DNA of 61,187 nt, from the IMG/VR virus record IMGVR_UViG_3300021446_000106, positions 1 through 61,187 of that record; one strand, 5' to 3'. Origin of the DNA: a virus (lineage: Duplodnaviria > Caudoviricetes). A program made the translations under genes and the position numbers. Shown piece after piece: positions 1 to 8,749 of the stretch. Position 1 is the first letter of the stretch. Each line of letters opens with the position of its first letter. The notes below the pieces were generated by a model, which searched no databases, was not told the origin of the DNA, and saw nothing but the letters and a program-made list of their open reading frames with translations.

Positions 1-201
1 ACCAGCTAATCATCACACAACGAGACGGCACTCGTCGGATGGTGATGGACCTGACGACGGGCGACCTCTCCATTACAGGAGAGTTAACCGAAACGCGAGT
101 CTCTAACACAATGCACACACTTAGCTACAGCGGCGAACAGACAGTTGACGTACAGCGCGCGCAAGAACTCGTCAAGGAACTTGCGGAAACCCATCAGGGT
201 G
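1..201 (+). repeat. Imperfect direct repeat of 60986-61187 (3' end of a YadA-like adhesin gene plus 5' end of the next gene)
   Basis: Manual alignment: about 24 substitutions and one A-run indel over 202 nt; both copies encode QLIITQRDGTRR.VMDLTTGDLSITGELTE and M.TL.YSGEQTVDVQRAQ. Confidence 0.95.
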
Positions 202-389
202 ACAACGACATTACTGTCAGTAGTGTGTCACTTCGACTGCGGGACGGTGACATATACGTCTCGGTATCGATGGAGGCACGTGCTGAGTCCGATAGTATCG
301 AATCGACGCGAGAGCTTCTCACAGAAACAGCAACCGCGCTTGGATTCGAGAACCTGACGGACCCGACAGACGGGGTGACCGTGCTATGA
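111..389 (+). CDS. Hypothetical protein (92 aa) in the adhesin module
   Basis: ATG at 111 corresponds to ATG 61097 in the repeat copy, which follows a stop codon; acidic composition. Confidence 0.75.
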   Translation: MHTLSYSGEQTVDVQRAQELVKELAETHQGDNDITVSSVSLRLRDGDIYVSVSMEARAESDSIESTRELLTETATALGFENLTDPTDGVTVL

Positions 390-535
390 CGCTCGAAATA
401 GAACTTGCAGGACCGTACGAGAAGATGCTACAGGAGCTACGAGAACGCGGAGAATCTGACCCCGACGCCGACCTCCAGCAGTTGGTCGAGGAAGCGATTC
501 ACAATGGATACCAAGAAATGGCGGAGGGGCGATAG
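386..535 (+). CDS. Small acidic protein (49 aa, MTLEIELAGPYEKMLQELRERG...)
   Basis: ATGA overlap with the upstream stop; ends 2 nt before ATG 538; below the ORF-track length cutoff. Confidence 0.65.
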   Translation: MTLEIELAGPYEKMLQELRERGESDPDADLQQLVEEAIHNGYQEMAEGR

Positions 536-537
536 CC

Positions 538-2013
538 ATGGACGCAAACGGCAACGACGTAAAAAATGTGAGTACGCTGGACGCAGATGAGGCACTTATT
601 GGGGGGGGGGCAGGCATCAGGATAAGTCGTGAAGCAGATGTCACCTTCTACGTTGACCAAGCGAACGGCGACGACGCAAACGATGGGAAATCAGCATCAG
701 CTGCATTCGCGTCCTACGAGCGGGCGCTTGAGGAGGTCCCTCGGTTTGGGGACACGCAGGTAGAAATTAGGCAAATCGGAGATTACACCGCAAGTTCGCC
801 AGTCGAGATAGAGAATCGGCGGGGCAGTACATCACTGAGCGGAGGCTATAGTGTCAAAATCGTTGGTGACTCAGAGCTCGACCCACTAAATGGCAATGGC
901 CCGGCCGATATGGAAACGTTTGATGGTGTCCTTGCTATTAATGGGTCAACTGCTGTCCGAATCGATAGCCTCAACATAAACGGGCTATTTAGGGTGTTTA
1001 ACACTACCACCGTTTTAATATATCAATGTTATCTGGAAGGAGACTCCAACTACTTTGTCTACTTTCGAGGGAGCCTCTGTCATTTTCTAAATAACGTCTT
1101 TGACGGGCAATCGAATAACCCGAATAACGGTATCTTAGGCGTTCGGTCCGGAAAAGCATCATTCAGTAGCCGCCATGAAATACGAAATTGGGACTACCAG
1201 AATAACAATTTCTATTATATATTTAGCGGCGCAAAAGCAATCGACGGACTCGATGATAAGTATCCCGACGCTGGGCGAAGGGGGGACGTTGTCCCGACCG
1301 AGGGTAGAGGCATCGCTGACGAAGCGTTTAACCGGGACCTTGAGGGCAAACGGCTCTCGAATGTTGGTAGCGCTGTTCTCCCGTCCGGCGCGAGCGTAGC
1401 CGAAGACAACGGCGATTTTGTTATCAAAGACTCGTCTGGGAGTATCGTCCTTCGCCGCAATGAATCAGCAAACGAATGGCAGTTGGAGGGCGGCGACCTA
1501 ACAGACATCGGTGCGCTCAATGCCGAGAGTGCGGAAACCACGACATCCTACACCGACCCATCCGGGCAGACCTACACAGGACTGGTCGGCGGACTCGCAG
1601 CCGCAGGGTACGAGAAAGGAGATTACGTACCGCTCGTCTACGGGTCCGGTACAAATACCGGAAGCGGGGCGACCACCTCGGGGACGTACGTGGGCGCGTA
1701 TAATAACGGGATAGGGGCCATATCGTGGTCGGATATAGCGCCTTCCGCTGGGACACTGGCAGTCTGGTTCTACGGCAGGGTGGGAGACCTGAACGGAACA
1801 ACGATGGACGTGCGAGTCATAAACGCAAAAGATAATGAAACAATGGTTGAACGAACGGGCCTCTCGTCCTCAGGCATATTTAAGATTTCCCCAACAGAAT
1901 ACACACCCCCGAGTTCAGATATTATTCAGTATAGGACAGAAATCCGTTCTGGCGACGGGTCATCGCAAGTTCGGTTATATGATGGGTCAATCACTATTGG
2001 CGTGCAACTATAA
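538..2013 (+). CDS. Putative tail fibre/adhesin with beta-helix-like domain; paralog of 58714-60069
   Basis: FYVDQANGDDANDGKS motif typical of pectin-lyase-like N-caps; blocks shared with 58714 and 60073; at the end of the tail module. Confidence 0.7.
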   Translation: MDANGNDVKNVSTLDADEALIGGGAGIRISREADVTFYVDQANGDDANDGKSASAAFASYERALEEVPRFGDTQVEIRQIGDYTASSPVEIENRRGSTSLSGGYSVKIVGDSELDPLNGNGPADMETFDGVLAINGSTAVRIDSLNINGLFRVFNTTTVLIYQCYLEGDSNYFVYFRGSLCHFLNNVFDGQSNNPNNGILGVRSGKASFSSRHEIRNWDYQNNNFYYIFSGAKAIDGLDDKYPDAGRRGDVVPTEGRGIADEAFNRDLEGKRLSNVGSAVLPSGASVAEDNGDFVIKDSSGSIVLRRNESANEWQLEGGDLTDIGALNAESAETTTSYTDPSGQTYTGLVGGLAAAGYEKGDYVPLVYGSGTNTGSGATTSGTYVGAYNNGIGAISWSDIAPSAGTLAVWFYGRVGDLNGTTMDVRVINAKDNETMVERTGLSSSGIFKISPTEYTPPSSDIIQYRTEIRSGDGSSQVRLYDGSITIGVQL

Positions 2014-2020
2014 CAACCTG

Positions 2021-5000
2021 TTATTCGAACGCGCCGAGGCCAGTCTGTTGCTGTCCTCGAACTGCGGCTTCGGGGTCAATGTCTATTGCGTGGAGTATTT
2101 CTTCGAGCGGCCGAATCAACGTGACGTTCGTCATTCGTGCCGCGTCAATCTGTAGGTCGTCTTCTATCTCAGACAAGTCTGATGCCTCGTTAAACGCGAT
2201 TACGTCTATCTTTCGCTGAACGCGCGAGAACGTGCGCGGCTCCAAGTACACTCGCTTCGGTTTGTCGCTGGTTTCTATTTCTGCATCCAAGACCTTGTTA
2301 GCATTCCACACGGCGCGCGGGTGTGCGTCCTGCGGATAACCGTCTTCCGAAAAGGAATAGTAGCCATCTTCGCCTGCGCGGGCCGGGTCTATTTTCTGAT
2401 TGAGGCCGCCGGGAATACCGATGCGGTCCCAATCTACATCCGTAGAAGTTATTTCTTGTGCCGCTTCAAACACCATAGTGCCAACAGTCCCCTGCTCGCC
2501 ATGCAAGATGGCTTCAAGCACAGCTTCTTCGGTCTCTTTTGTCAGAGCCGCGCTATCACTCCGCCGTGAGGCAAAGCCTGTGACTGAAATTTTGGGATTA
2601 TCAAGTTCCCGACCGTCTTTCCACGTGGTCAGATAGGCGTATCGTTTCTTCTTGCCGGCTTGGAAGAACCGCTCCATGTACGCCTCGACCTCAATGTCCC
2701 AGAGGTTGTCTTCCGCAGGAACGCCCATGTCCTCGGCCAGCTCTGGATACACAACGTTGTTCAGTTCGTCACACAAATCTCGCGCACCGTCGAGGCACTT
2801 CCCGCGGGGCCAGCTATCGTTGAACTTGATGTAGACGCTGTCCGAATCGCCGTACAGCACATCGTGGCCCTCAGCCTCGACACACTCTGCCGTGCGCTTA
2901 ATTACGGATTGGCCAGTTGTTGTCACAGAAGCCGCCACATCTTTATCGTACAGGAAGAAGTATTCCCAGCCAAGAGTACCGTAGATTGACTGACCGACCG
3001 GCTGGAAGCGCCCATTGCGTCCCGCGAGAAGTGTGTGGTTGTCGGCGACAGTGACGCAGTAGACCCCGTTCTCTGCCTGTTCGGTTCCCGTGTCGCGGCC
3101 CGCGCGGAACTGTCTTGTAACATCCCAATGTACTCGCCAAGCACTAGAGTCTCTATTATACCGTGGTGTGTGGCCGGTCTCGACAAGCAGTCTCATTACG
3201 TCGTCGCGGAGCTCTTCTGACTTGGTGGTATATCTGTGTCCCCTGTGGTTTCCGTCGCCAGCCATAAGGACGCCAAACAGCAGACTTTTCATATCCGGCG
3301 ACCAGTTAAAGATTGCGTCAGGGATTTGCATGTTCTCTGAGCCACTACCACAGAGGCGCTCCAATACTGTCGCAAGAACGCCGGCTCCAGTAATCTGAAA
3401 GCTTCGGTCGCCTTTATAGTAGCTCAACCCAAGCGAATCAAGCAACCCTTCTATCTGTGTCCGGTATGGGTCTTTTTCTTGTGAAATGTTGATTGACGTA
3501 GCCCGCCCTCTGGTCGTGGTTTCGTACTCTTTCTTCGTGCTCGTGTATATCGACCCCTCAGATATATACCACCCTATAAGTTTTATGAACTGGGGCGCGG
3601 GTATTTCTGGGTCAATCTTACCGCACTTTTGTCGCGGCTCGGAGATTTTCTCGCCGACCGTCCGGTACTCGTCTTCGGAAAGGAAATCGCGCAAGTCTAT
3701 CGAGTCTGGCGTCTCACCATCTGGCACGCCCCACTTGTTGGGCATTTCATAGCCGCCGCTGTTGAGTAGGTCTCCAGCTTCGACAAACGAGTAACCGTCT
3801 TCCGACACATACCCCGTCTGCCGACTGACAAGCATCCGGTGGTTCGGCGTAACCTTGAAGTCCGTGCCGCTGTTCCGAATTGTTACAAGCCCGTCGTCGT
3901 AATCGGGGTATGCGTGCGTATCTGTGACGGGCTTCACCTCCATCGCTCCTGTATCGGGGTTGACCGAATAGACAGGGTCGCCAACCGAGAGTTCACGGAT
4001 ATTCTGAACCCCGGCTGGCGTCATTACTTCTGTATCAGGAGAGAAACAGTTTGTGATAGTTTTTGCCGTCAGGTACTTTTTGGCCCATTTCTCGTACTCT
4101 TCGTCACTCTCCGCGGCGTCCCGTTTTTCCTTGTAGTCTTTCTTGAGTGACAGGGATTCGTCAATAAGCTCTTTGAACAGCCCATCTTTGTCAAGTCTAA
4201 ACTCTGCGCCATTGGGCGCCTCAGCAGTTTGGGTTTCTGCAGGAACCGGCTCGCCTGCCCTATCCACGCCATCGGTAATCTTCGTTTCCGGTGACGCATT
4301 GAGCATGGCCATCGTGTACGGGTACAGGCTCGCCAAGTCAATCCCGACGACGTTCTCGGCCACCCCCTCGTAGGCATCGAACACGTGGGCGCCCTCGTAA
4401 TCTTCATCGCCTTCATAACTGGCAGTTGGCGGTACCACGTCTTTCTCCGCGAGCTTCCTGCGGCACAACATTTCGATAAACGAGTTGGCGTTGTAGGATT
4501 CCTCGAAATCCACCCCCACTTCGCGGCGAAGGGTGTCCCGGAATTGGATGACATCCGCTTCCCTGTTAATCCTGACGGCAAGGTCAACGTCGCGTGCGTT
4601 GTACTCCAAGAAGCGCGCCGGGTTCTCGTCGTAGAGGTCGAAGAACGTGCCGTCGAACTGAATCTTTTCGGCACCGAGCACTTCCTGCGCGACATCATCT
4701 AACGAGTAGGAGCGAAGTTCGGTGAAGGAGTTGGCCTTATAAACCTTGAGCAAATCGTAGACCGTTCGGCCCTTGATACGCACACTACGCCCATGGCCGG
4801 CCCACCCCAAGGGAGACAGCGCGTTCTCGTCCAACCCCTCAAGCTTTGTCATACGCTCAATGATGAACGGGATGTCGAAGTCGTCAGCATTCCAGCCGGT
4901 CACGAGGTCCGGGTCAACGCCTTGGAACCACGACCGAAAGGCAATCAGCATCCGCCGCTCCGTCGGTTCGCATCGAACTTGGTCAAGCCCATCTGGACAG

Positions 5001-5224
5001 CCATCCGGGAAACATTCCTCGATAGTCCGGCCGTCCAAGTCAATAAAACCAACGACTTCGTCTTCGTAGGAGTCATGGGCGACAATACTGAGGATTCGTT
5101 CTTCGCCAAGTTCCGGGAAGCCTGCAGACCTATCATCCGTTTCGATGTCAAGGGTGCACACCCGAGGCTCCAACTGTGTAAACTGCTCGTATTCCTCATC
5201 TGAGACAATTGTAGGGTCAACCAT
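2021..5224 (-). CDS. polB: Family B DNA polymerase (exonuclease and polymerase domains) with intein
   Basis: ExoI DIETD, ExoII WNADDFD, ExoIII YNARD; motif A DLASLYP, motif B KTITN/SIYG, motif C YGDSDS, KKRY. Confidence 0.97.
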   Translation of the reverse strand: MVDPTIVSDEEYEQFTQLEPRVCTLDIETDDRSAGFPELGEERILSIVAHDSYEDEVVGFIDLDGRTIEECFPDGCPDGLDQVRCEPTERRMLIAFRSWFQGVDPDLVTGWNADDFDIPFIIERMTKLEGLDENALSPLGWAGHGRSVRIKGRTVYDLLKVYKANSFTELRSYSLDDVAQEVLGAEKIQFDGTFFDLYDENPARFLEYNARDVDLAVRINREADVIQFRDTLRREVGVDFEESYNANSFIEMLCRRKLAEKDVVPPTASYEGDEDYEGAHVFDAYEGVAENVVGIDLASLYPYTMAMLNASPETKITDGVDRAGEPVPAETQTAEAPNGAEFRLDKDGLFKELIDESLSLKKDYKEKRDAAESDEEYEKWAKKYLTAKTITNCFSPDTEVMTPAGVQNIRELSVGDPVYSVNPDTGAMEVKPVTDTHAYPDYDDGLVTIRNSGTDFKVTPNHRMLVSRQTGYVSEDGYSFVEAGDLLNSGGYEMPNKWGVPDGETPDSIDLRDFLSEDEYRTVGEKISEPRQKCGKIDPEIPAPQFIKLIGWYISEGSIYTSTKKEYETTTRGRATSINISQEKDPYRTQIEGLLDSLGLSYYKGDRSFQITGAGVLATVLERLCGSGSENMQIPDAIFNWSPDMKSLLFGVLMAGDGNHRGHRYTTKSEELRDDVMRLLVETGHTPRYNRDSSAWRVHWDVTRQFRAGRDTGTEQAENGVYCVTVADNHTLLAGRNGRFQPVGQSIYGTLGWEYFFLYDKDVAASVTTTGQSVIKRTAECVEAEGHDVLYGDSDSVYIKFNDSWPRGKCLDGARDLCDELNNVVYPELAEDMGVPAEDNLWDIEVEAYMERFFQAGKKKRYAYLTTWKDGRELDNPKISVTGFASRRSDSAALTKETEEAVLEAILHGEQGTVGTMVFEAAQEITSTDVDWDRIGIPGGLNQKIDPARAGEDGYYSFSEDGYPQDAHPRAVWNANKVLDAEIETSDKPKRVYLEPRTFSRVQRKIDVIAFNEASDLSEIEDDLQIDAARMTNVTLIRPLEEILHAIDIDPEAAVRGQQQTGLGAFE
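2990..4048 (-). mobile_element. LAGLIDADG intein (353 aa) in PolB motif B
   Basis: Begins CFSPDT, block B VTPNH, LAGLIDADG-like LIGWYISEG and LFGVLMAGDG, block F VYCVTVADNH, ends GQ before +1 Ser; removal restores KTITNSIYG. Confidence 0.95.
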
Positions 5225-5320
5225 CTATGATAACCTCTCTATCGAGTGTTCCCGCGCATCTGAGTCCCCCATTCCAGCCTATAGTCTGGAAGTGGGTTTG
5301 TCGGGTGTTAAGGGTGGGGG

Positions 5321-5785
5321 TCATGCCTCCGACTCCGGGATGACCGGGCTTACTTCGCGCCAATCACACTCAATTACCTGCTCACCCTCCGGGGGGTCGG
5401 GTACTTCTACGACATCACGGATGCCGGTGTCAATTCGGAATCGATTCGTGAATGGAACGTCGGCCGCATGGGCATCGCTCACAAGCTCGCGGGCATCTCT
5501 TGTGTCCTGTGGGTATCGCGGGTATATCTTAGCGAGACGTTCGCCGGCAAGGAACGGCTCCGCGTCTGGGTACTCAATTTCTCTGACAGACTCTTGCTCC
5601 AACAGGAAGGCCTCGTTTTCTGCAACCTCCGTTTCCGGGGCATAGAAATAGGGAGCGAAATTGAACACCTTCACCTGATACCGAGCTTCGGGAGCCTCCG
5701 GGTTCCTGCCGTACAAGATGATGACTGTGTCGTTTCTATCCTGTGGCTGGGCTTGTTCCGTATTGTTCACCAAGAGCCTGACCAT
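5321..5785 (-). CDS. Stand-alone PolB N-terminal domain
   Basis: IILYGR, VFNFAPYFY and ADVPFTNRFRIDTGI match the N-terminal domain of archaeal PolB; the adjacent polymerase ORF lacks this domain. Confidence 0.85.
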   Translation of the reverse strand: MVRLLVNNTEQAQPQDRNDTVIILYGRNPEAPEARYQVKVFNFAPYFYAPETEVAENEAFLLEQESVREIEYPDAEPFLAGERLAKIYPRYPQDTRDARELVSDAHAADVPFTNRFRIDTGIRDVVEVPDPPEGEQVIECDWREVSPVIPESEA

Positions 5786-5958
5786 TATTCTTCCTCGATA
5801 TACACGTCAGTTCTTACTATTCGTTGTTCGGTCGCTTGTATATGTGGCGGGCGTGTTTCCGTAGTGACATGGTTTTCGACCGTCACATCGCTGGCCTCAA
5901 ACTCTATTGTTTCGCCGTCGCTCTTTTCTAAGGTCACATAGATAGGCACATTACTCAT
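5785..5958 (-). CDS. Hypothetical protein
   Basis: Short acidic ORF whose stop abuts the next start. Confidence 0.55.
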   Translation of the reverse strand: MSNVPIYVTLEKSDGETIEFEASDVTVENHVTTETRPPHIQATEQRIVRTDVYIEEE

Positions 5959-6101
5959 AGTTTGTTTGCCACCATAATTCAAATTTTGTATTTGCGGTGC
6001 GACGATGGACACCAGTCAACTCCGTTGTGGTGCGACCGCGTTTATTATGCGCGGCCCAACCCCGCAGGAACGCTTCCCGTGCTGTCTCTTTCTGCCAAAA
6101 C

Positions 6102-6629
6102 TTATCGTTGGACATCGTGGATAGTGTTAATTCTGCTGCAGTTCTTTCTCAGTAATCGTACTAACTCATCCAACTGGAGCGGTTTGTACCCTATCAGCTC
6201 AACAGAGACATTAACGGTCTGTCGGTTCTGGTGAATAAAAGGATACGTGCCAATGTCGTTGTTGTGGATGTGTCCGTGAATCTGCCACCCAGAGAAGTCT
6301 GGTTGGGGGCGATGCGAACAGAGAAATTGATAGCGACCGTGCCGAAGTGTCAGACTATCGACAACAGGCACAACGGGGTTCTCCGAGAACGCGTCATGGT
6401 TGCCGGACACGACGACAATCTGCCCATTGAGTTGGTCCAGAACCCTATCAGCGATAGCTGAATCGATGGCCACGTCGCCCAGATGGTACACGACATCGTT
6501 ATCGTCCACGACCGCGTTCCAGCGGGATACTAACTGCTCGTCCATGGCTTCGCACGACTCGAATGGCCGGTCACAGTAATCGATGATGTTAGCATGGCCG
6601 TGGTGGGTGTCCGATATGACGTACTCCAT
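6102..6629 (-). CDS. Calcineurin-like metallophosphoesterase
   Basis: SDTH, HLGD, GNHD, SH, HGHIH motifs. Confidence 0.92.
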   Translation of the reverse strand: MEYVISDTHHGHANIIDYCDRPFESCEAMDEQLVSRWNAVVDDNDVVYHLGDVAIDSAIADRVLDQLNGQIVVVSGNHDAFSENPVVPVVDSLTLRHGRYQFLCSHRPQPDFSGWQIHGHIHNNDIGTYPFIHQNRQTVNVSVELIGYKPLQLDELVRLLRKNCSRINTIHDVQR

Positions 6630-7597
6630 TACTGTAGCTCCATCTTGAACTTCCAGTAGTTGACCGCGTTCGTGCTTGTTCCCAACACCTCCGCTATCTC
6701 TGTGTCGCTATACCCCTCGGCTATCATTTGCTCGAACGTTTCCTTGTTATTCGCTGGCACACCCCAATCGCATTGACTACAGACACCATAGAACGCCGAT
6801 TCGTCCGCGTCGTCAACGGACCATTTACAGAGCGGGCCGGGATTAACCTCAAACTGTGTGCCCCCTTCGTACTCCGCGCAAGCGGTCACCATCTCTTCAA
6901 CAGCCTCGGAGACCTCGGTCTGTAAGTCCGACATTCGTTTGGTCCCCGTGGGCTCTACAAGAAGCGTGTCGTCTCGTGGGTAGTAGGCCGCGACCCCAGC
7001 AACGGTATACTTCTCGTCAAAGACCATCGAGTAGTACGCCAGTTCTTTATAGATTCCGTTAGCGCGATACTGTTCCGCGGGAACGCTCCCCGTCTTGAAG
7101 TCGCAGATAACAACCCCCGCGTCGTCCTCGATACCGGGAATCGTACTGGCGTGATACACAGCGTCCGCTATCCCCATCCATTCTGGTTCGGCTTCGCTGG
7201 TTCCGTCGCGCCACACTTCCTCTTCGACGCCAATGGGGTAATACTCGCTTTCGTCATTAACCCGCCCAAGGCGCCGCTTCTCGAAGCACAAGAAGTTGGA
7301 AATGTATGGCTCGATGAAGTCCGCCCACAGCTGTCGATTGTCTGGCAAATAGTCTATTGAGATACCAAGCCCGTTGCCTTGCTGGATGTTCTCGTAGAAC
7401 CCCTCAATGGCTTCGTGGATGCGGGACCCCCGGACCATTGGTGCCGTCTCTGGTTCACGGATTCCCTCAAGGTACTTAAGTCTGTAGTGCTCAGGCTGTT
7501 CCTCCCATTTCATCAACCTGCTCTTGCTAACGTACGGGATTTCGTACTGGCCCGCCTCTTCGTTCAGGCGGCGGAGCTTCTCACTTCTATCAGGCAT
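6629..7597 (-). CDS. PD-(D/E)XK RecB/Cas4-like exonuclease with C-terminal HTH
   Basis: SKS, G..IH, GIAD, DFKTG, ELAYY motifs; C-terminal Cys residues and GYSDTEIAEVLGTS HTH. Confidence 0.85.
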   Translation of the reverse strand: MPDRSEKLRRLNEEAGQYEIPYVSKSRLMKWEEQPEHYRLKYLEGIREPETAPMVRGSRIHEAIEGFYENIQQGNGLGISIDYLPDNRQLWADFIEPYISNFLCFEKRRLGRVNDESEYYPIGVEEEVWRDGTSEAEPEWMGIADAVYHASTIPGIEDDAGVVICDFKTGSVPAEQYRANGIYKELAYYSMVFDEKYTVAGVAAYYPRDDTLLVEPTGTKRMSDLQTEVSEAVEEMVTACAEYEGGTQFEVNPGPLCKWSVDDADESAFYGVCSQCDWGVPANNKETFEQMIAEGYSDTEIAEVLGTSTNAVNYWKFKMELQ

Positions 7598-7796
7598 AGT
7601 CGGGACTGTACCCCGGTTCGCAACTGTACTCGTCGCACAGAACTACACCGTACTCCCCGTACTCTGCTTCAAGAACTCGCTGGAGCCTATTTATCTCTCG
7701 CGTTATGTCGTCATTGCCTCGGACTTCTCGCTTCGAGCGGAGCAGACATTTGATAAGGAGTTCGTTGAGCCAGTCCCGATAGTTAGAGTGCGTCAT
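7590..7796 (-). CDS. Hypothetical protein
   Basis: Overlaps neighbours in a tightly packed operon. Confidence 0.5.
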   Translation of the reverse strand: MTHSNYRDWLNELLIKCLLRSKREVRGNDDITREINRLQRVLEAEYGEYGVVLCDEYSCEPGYSPDYA

Positions 7797-7965
7797 AGTC
7801 TTTGTTCTCCACCTTCTTTTCTAACTGCTCGACGTGTTCTGTAATATCCATAACACGATGCTCGCCGTTGTCCATTTCTTTGAATTCGAGCACGCAATAC
7901 TCGTTGCTCATTGCATGGATAAGGATTTCTTTGCCGCGAGAACTCTTCATGGGTGCTCCTGTCAT
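7783..7965 (-). CDS. Hypothetical protein
   Basis: Overlaps neighbours; acidic. Confidence 0.5.
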   Translation of the reverse strand: MTGAPMKSSRGKEILIHAMSNEYCVLEFKEMDNGEHRVMDITEHVEQLEKKVENKDYDAL

Positions 7966-8115
7966 ACATTAATATCCTCGACAGCAACAAGGCCGCCACC
8001 AAGCCGGACACTTCGCCCAAGTCGAAACTCGGGGCACTCTTCCAGCAGGCGCTCGCTTTCCTGAATCCGGCGCTCAACGTCCAGCATCATTTCATCCACA
8101 GATAAATCTGTGGGT

Positions 8116-8505
8116 TCACTCTCCGACGCCACGCATTTCGACCTCTGTCGTGGGGTGGCCAGTTTGCCAGTCTTCGGCTTCCTCAGACGTGGAAGGTCTT
8201 CGGTCCTGCTGGTTCACGGCCGACATCGCCGCGTATACTGCGCTATCCATGTGCGAGTCGGCAACGGACTCGAAGTTCATGTCGTCCTGAGAGAACTCTC
8301 CGTTGAACGCACGGGCAATCTTATCGAGCCGCCGCGTGAACAATCCAAAGGATACAAAATCTTCTTTACTCTTTAGAGTAAGTGGCTCTCCCTCATTCAA
8401 CATGAGTAGTATCTCACCGATTATCTTCCAGCTCATGCCGTAGTCTTCGCTTTTTTCCTCGAACGTTTCAGCGCCGTCGATGAGCGTGTCAGAAACTTGA
8501 GACAT
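8116..8505 (-). CDS. DUF1599/nucleotide-modification-associated (MazG/dUTPase-like) protein
   Basis: KSEDYG...RLDKIAR...ESVADSHMDSAVYA pattern. Confidence 0.7.
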   Translation of the reverse strand: MSQVSDTLIDGAETFEEKSEDYGMSWKIIGEILLMLNEGEPLTLKSKEDFVSFGLFTRRLDKIARAFNGEFSQDDMNFESVADSHMDSAVYAAMSAVNQQDRRPSTSEEAEDWQTGHPTTEVEMRGVGE

Positions 8506-8507
8506 TG

Positions 8508-8747
8508 TTAGAACCCAAGGTCGCCAGTCGATTGCTTGTGCCACACGATACTCTCCACAGCTGAGGCCGCGAACTCGAACGTGCCGTCACTCAGCGTCAC
8601 CTCGATGGTGCCCTCGTCGTGGTGGAACTCGGTATCGTGCAAGTGTAGTTCAACTGCACCCGAGTATCCGTCAGAGTCCATCTGGATAATAATCTCACCG
8701 CACTCGCTCAGCTTAAACTGTATATCTTCGGTCGTGTAGTCACTCAT
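8508..8747 (-). CDS. Hypothetical protein
   Basis: Acidic ORF in operon context. Confidence 0.65.
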   Translation of the reverse strand: MSDYTTEDIQFKLSECGEIIIQMDSDGYSGAVELHLHDTEFHHDEGTIEVTLSDGTFEFAASAVESIVWHKQSTGDLGF

Positions 8748-8749
8748 AG

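Noticed and set aside
39-110. N-terminal extension of ORF 39-389
   Set aside because: Produced by a missing A (GAAAC versus GAAAAC in the repeat copy) that fuses the end of the upstream gene to the ATG-111 gene
1-201. Diversity-generating retroelement TR/VR pair with 60986-61187
   Set aside because: Differences are not adenine-specific (many C/T and G/C changes) and no reverse transcriptase is recognisable
5225-5320. Bulge-helix-bulge intron joining the polB halves
   Set aside because: Only a 6-bp ATGACC/GGTTAT pairing and no convincing BHB; an SD-like sequence supports independent initiation
6629-7597. CRISPR-Cas locus (Cas4-like gene)
   Set aside because: Solo viral PD-(D/E)XK nuclease; no repeat-spacer array or other cas genes seen
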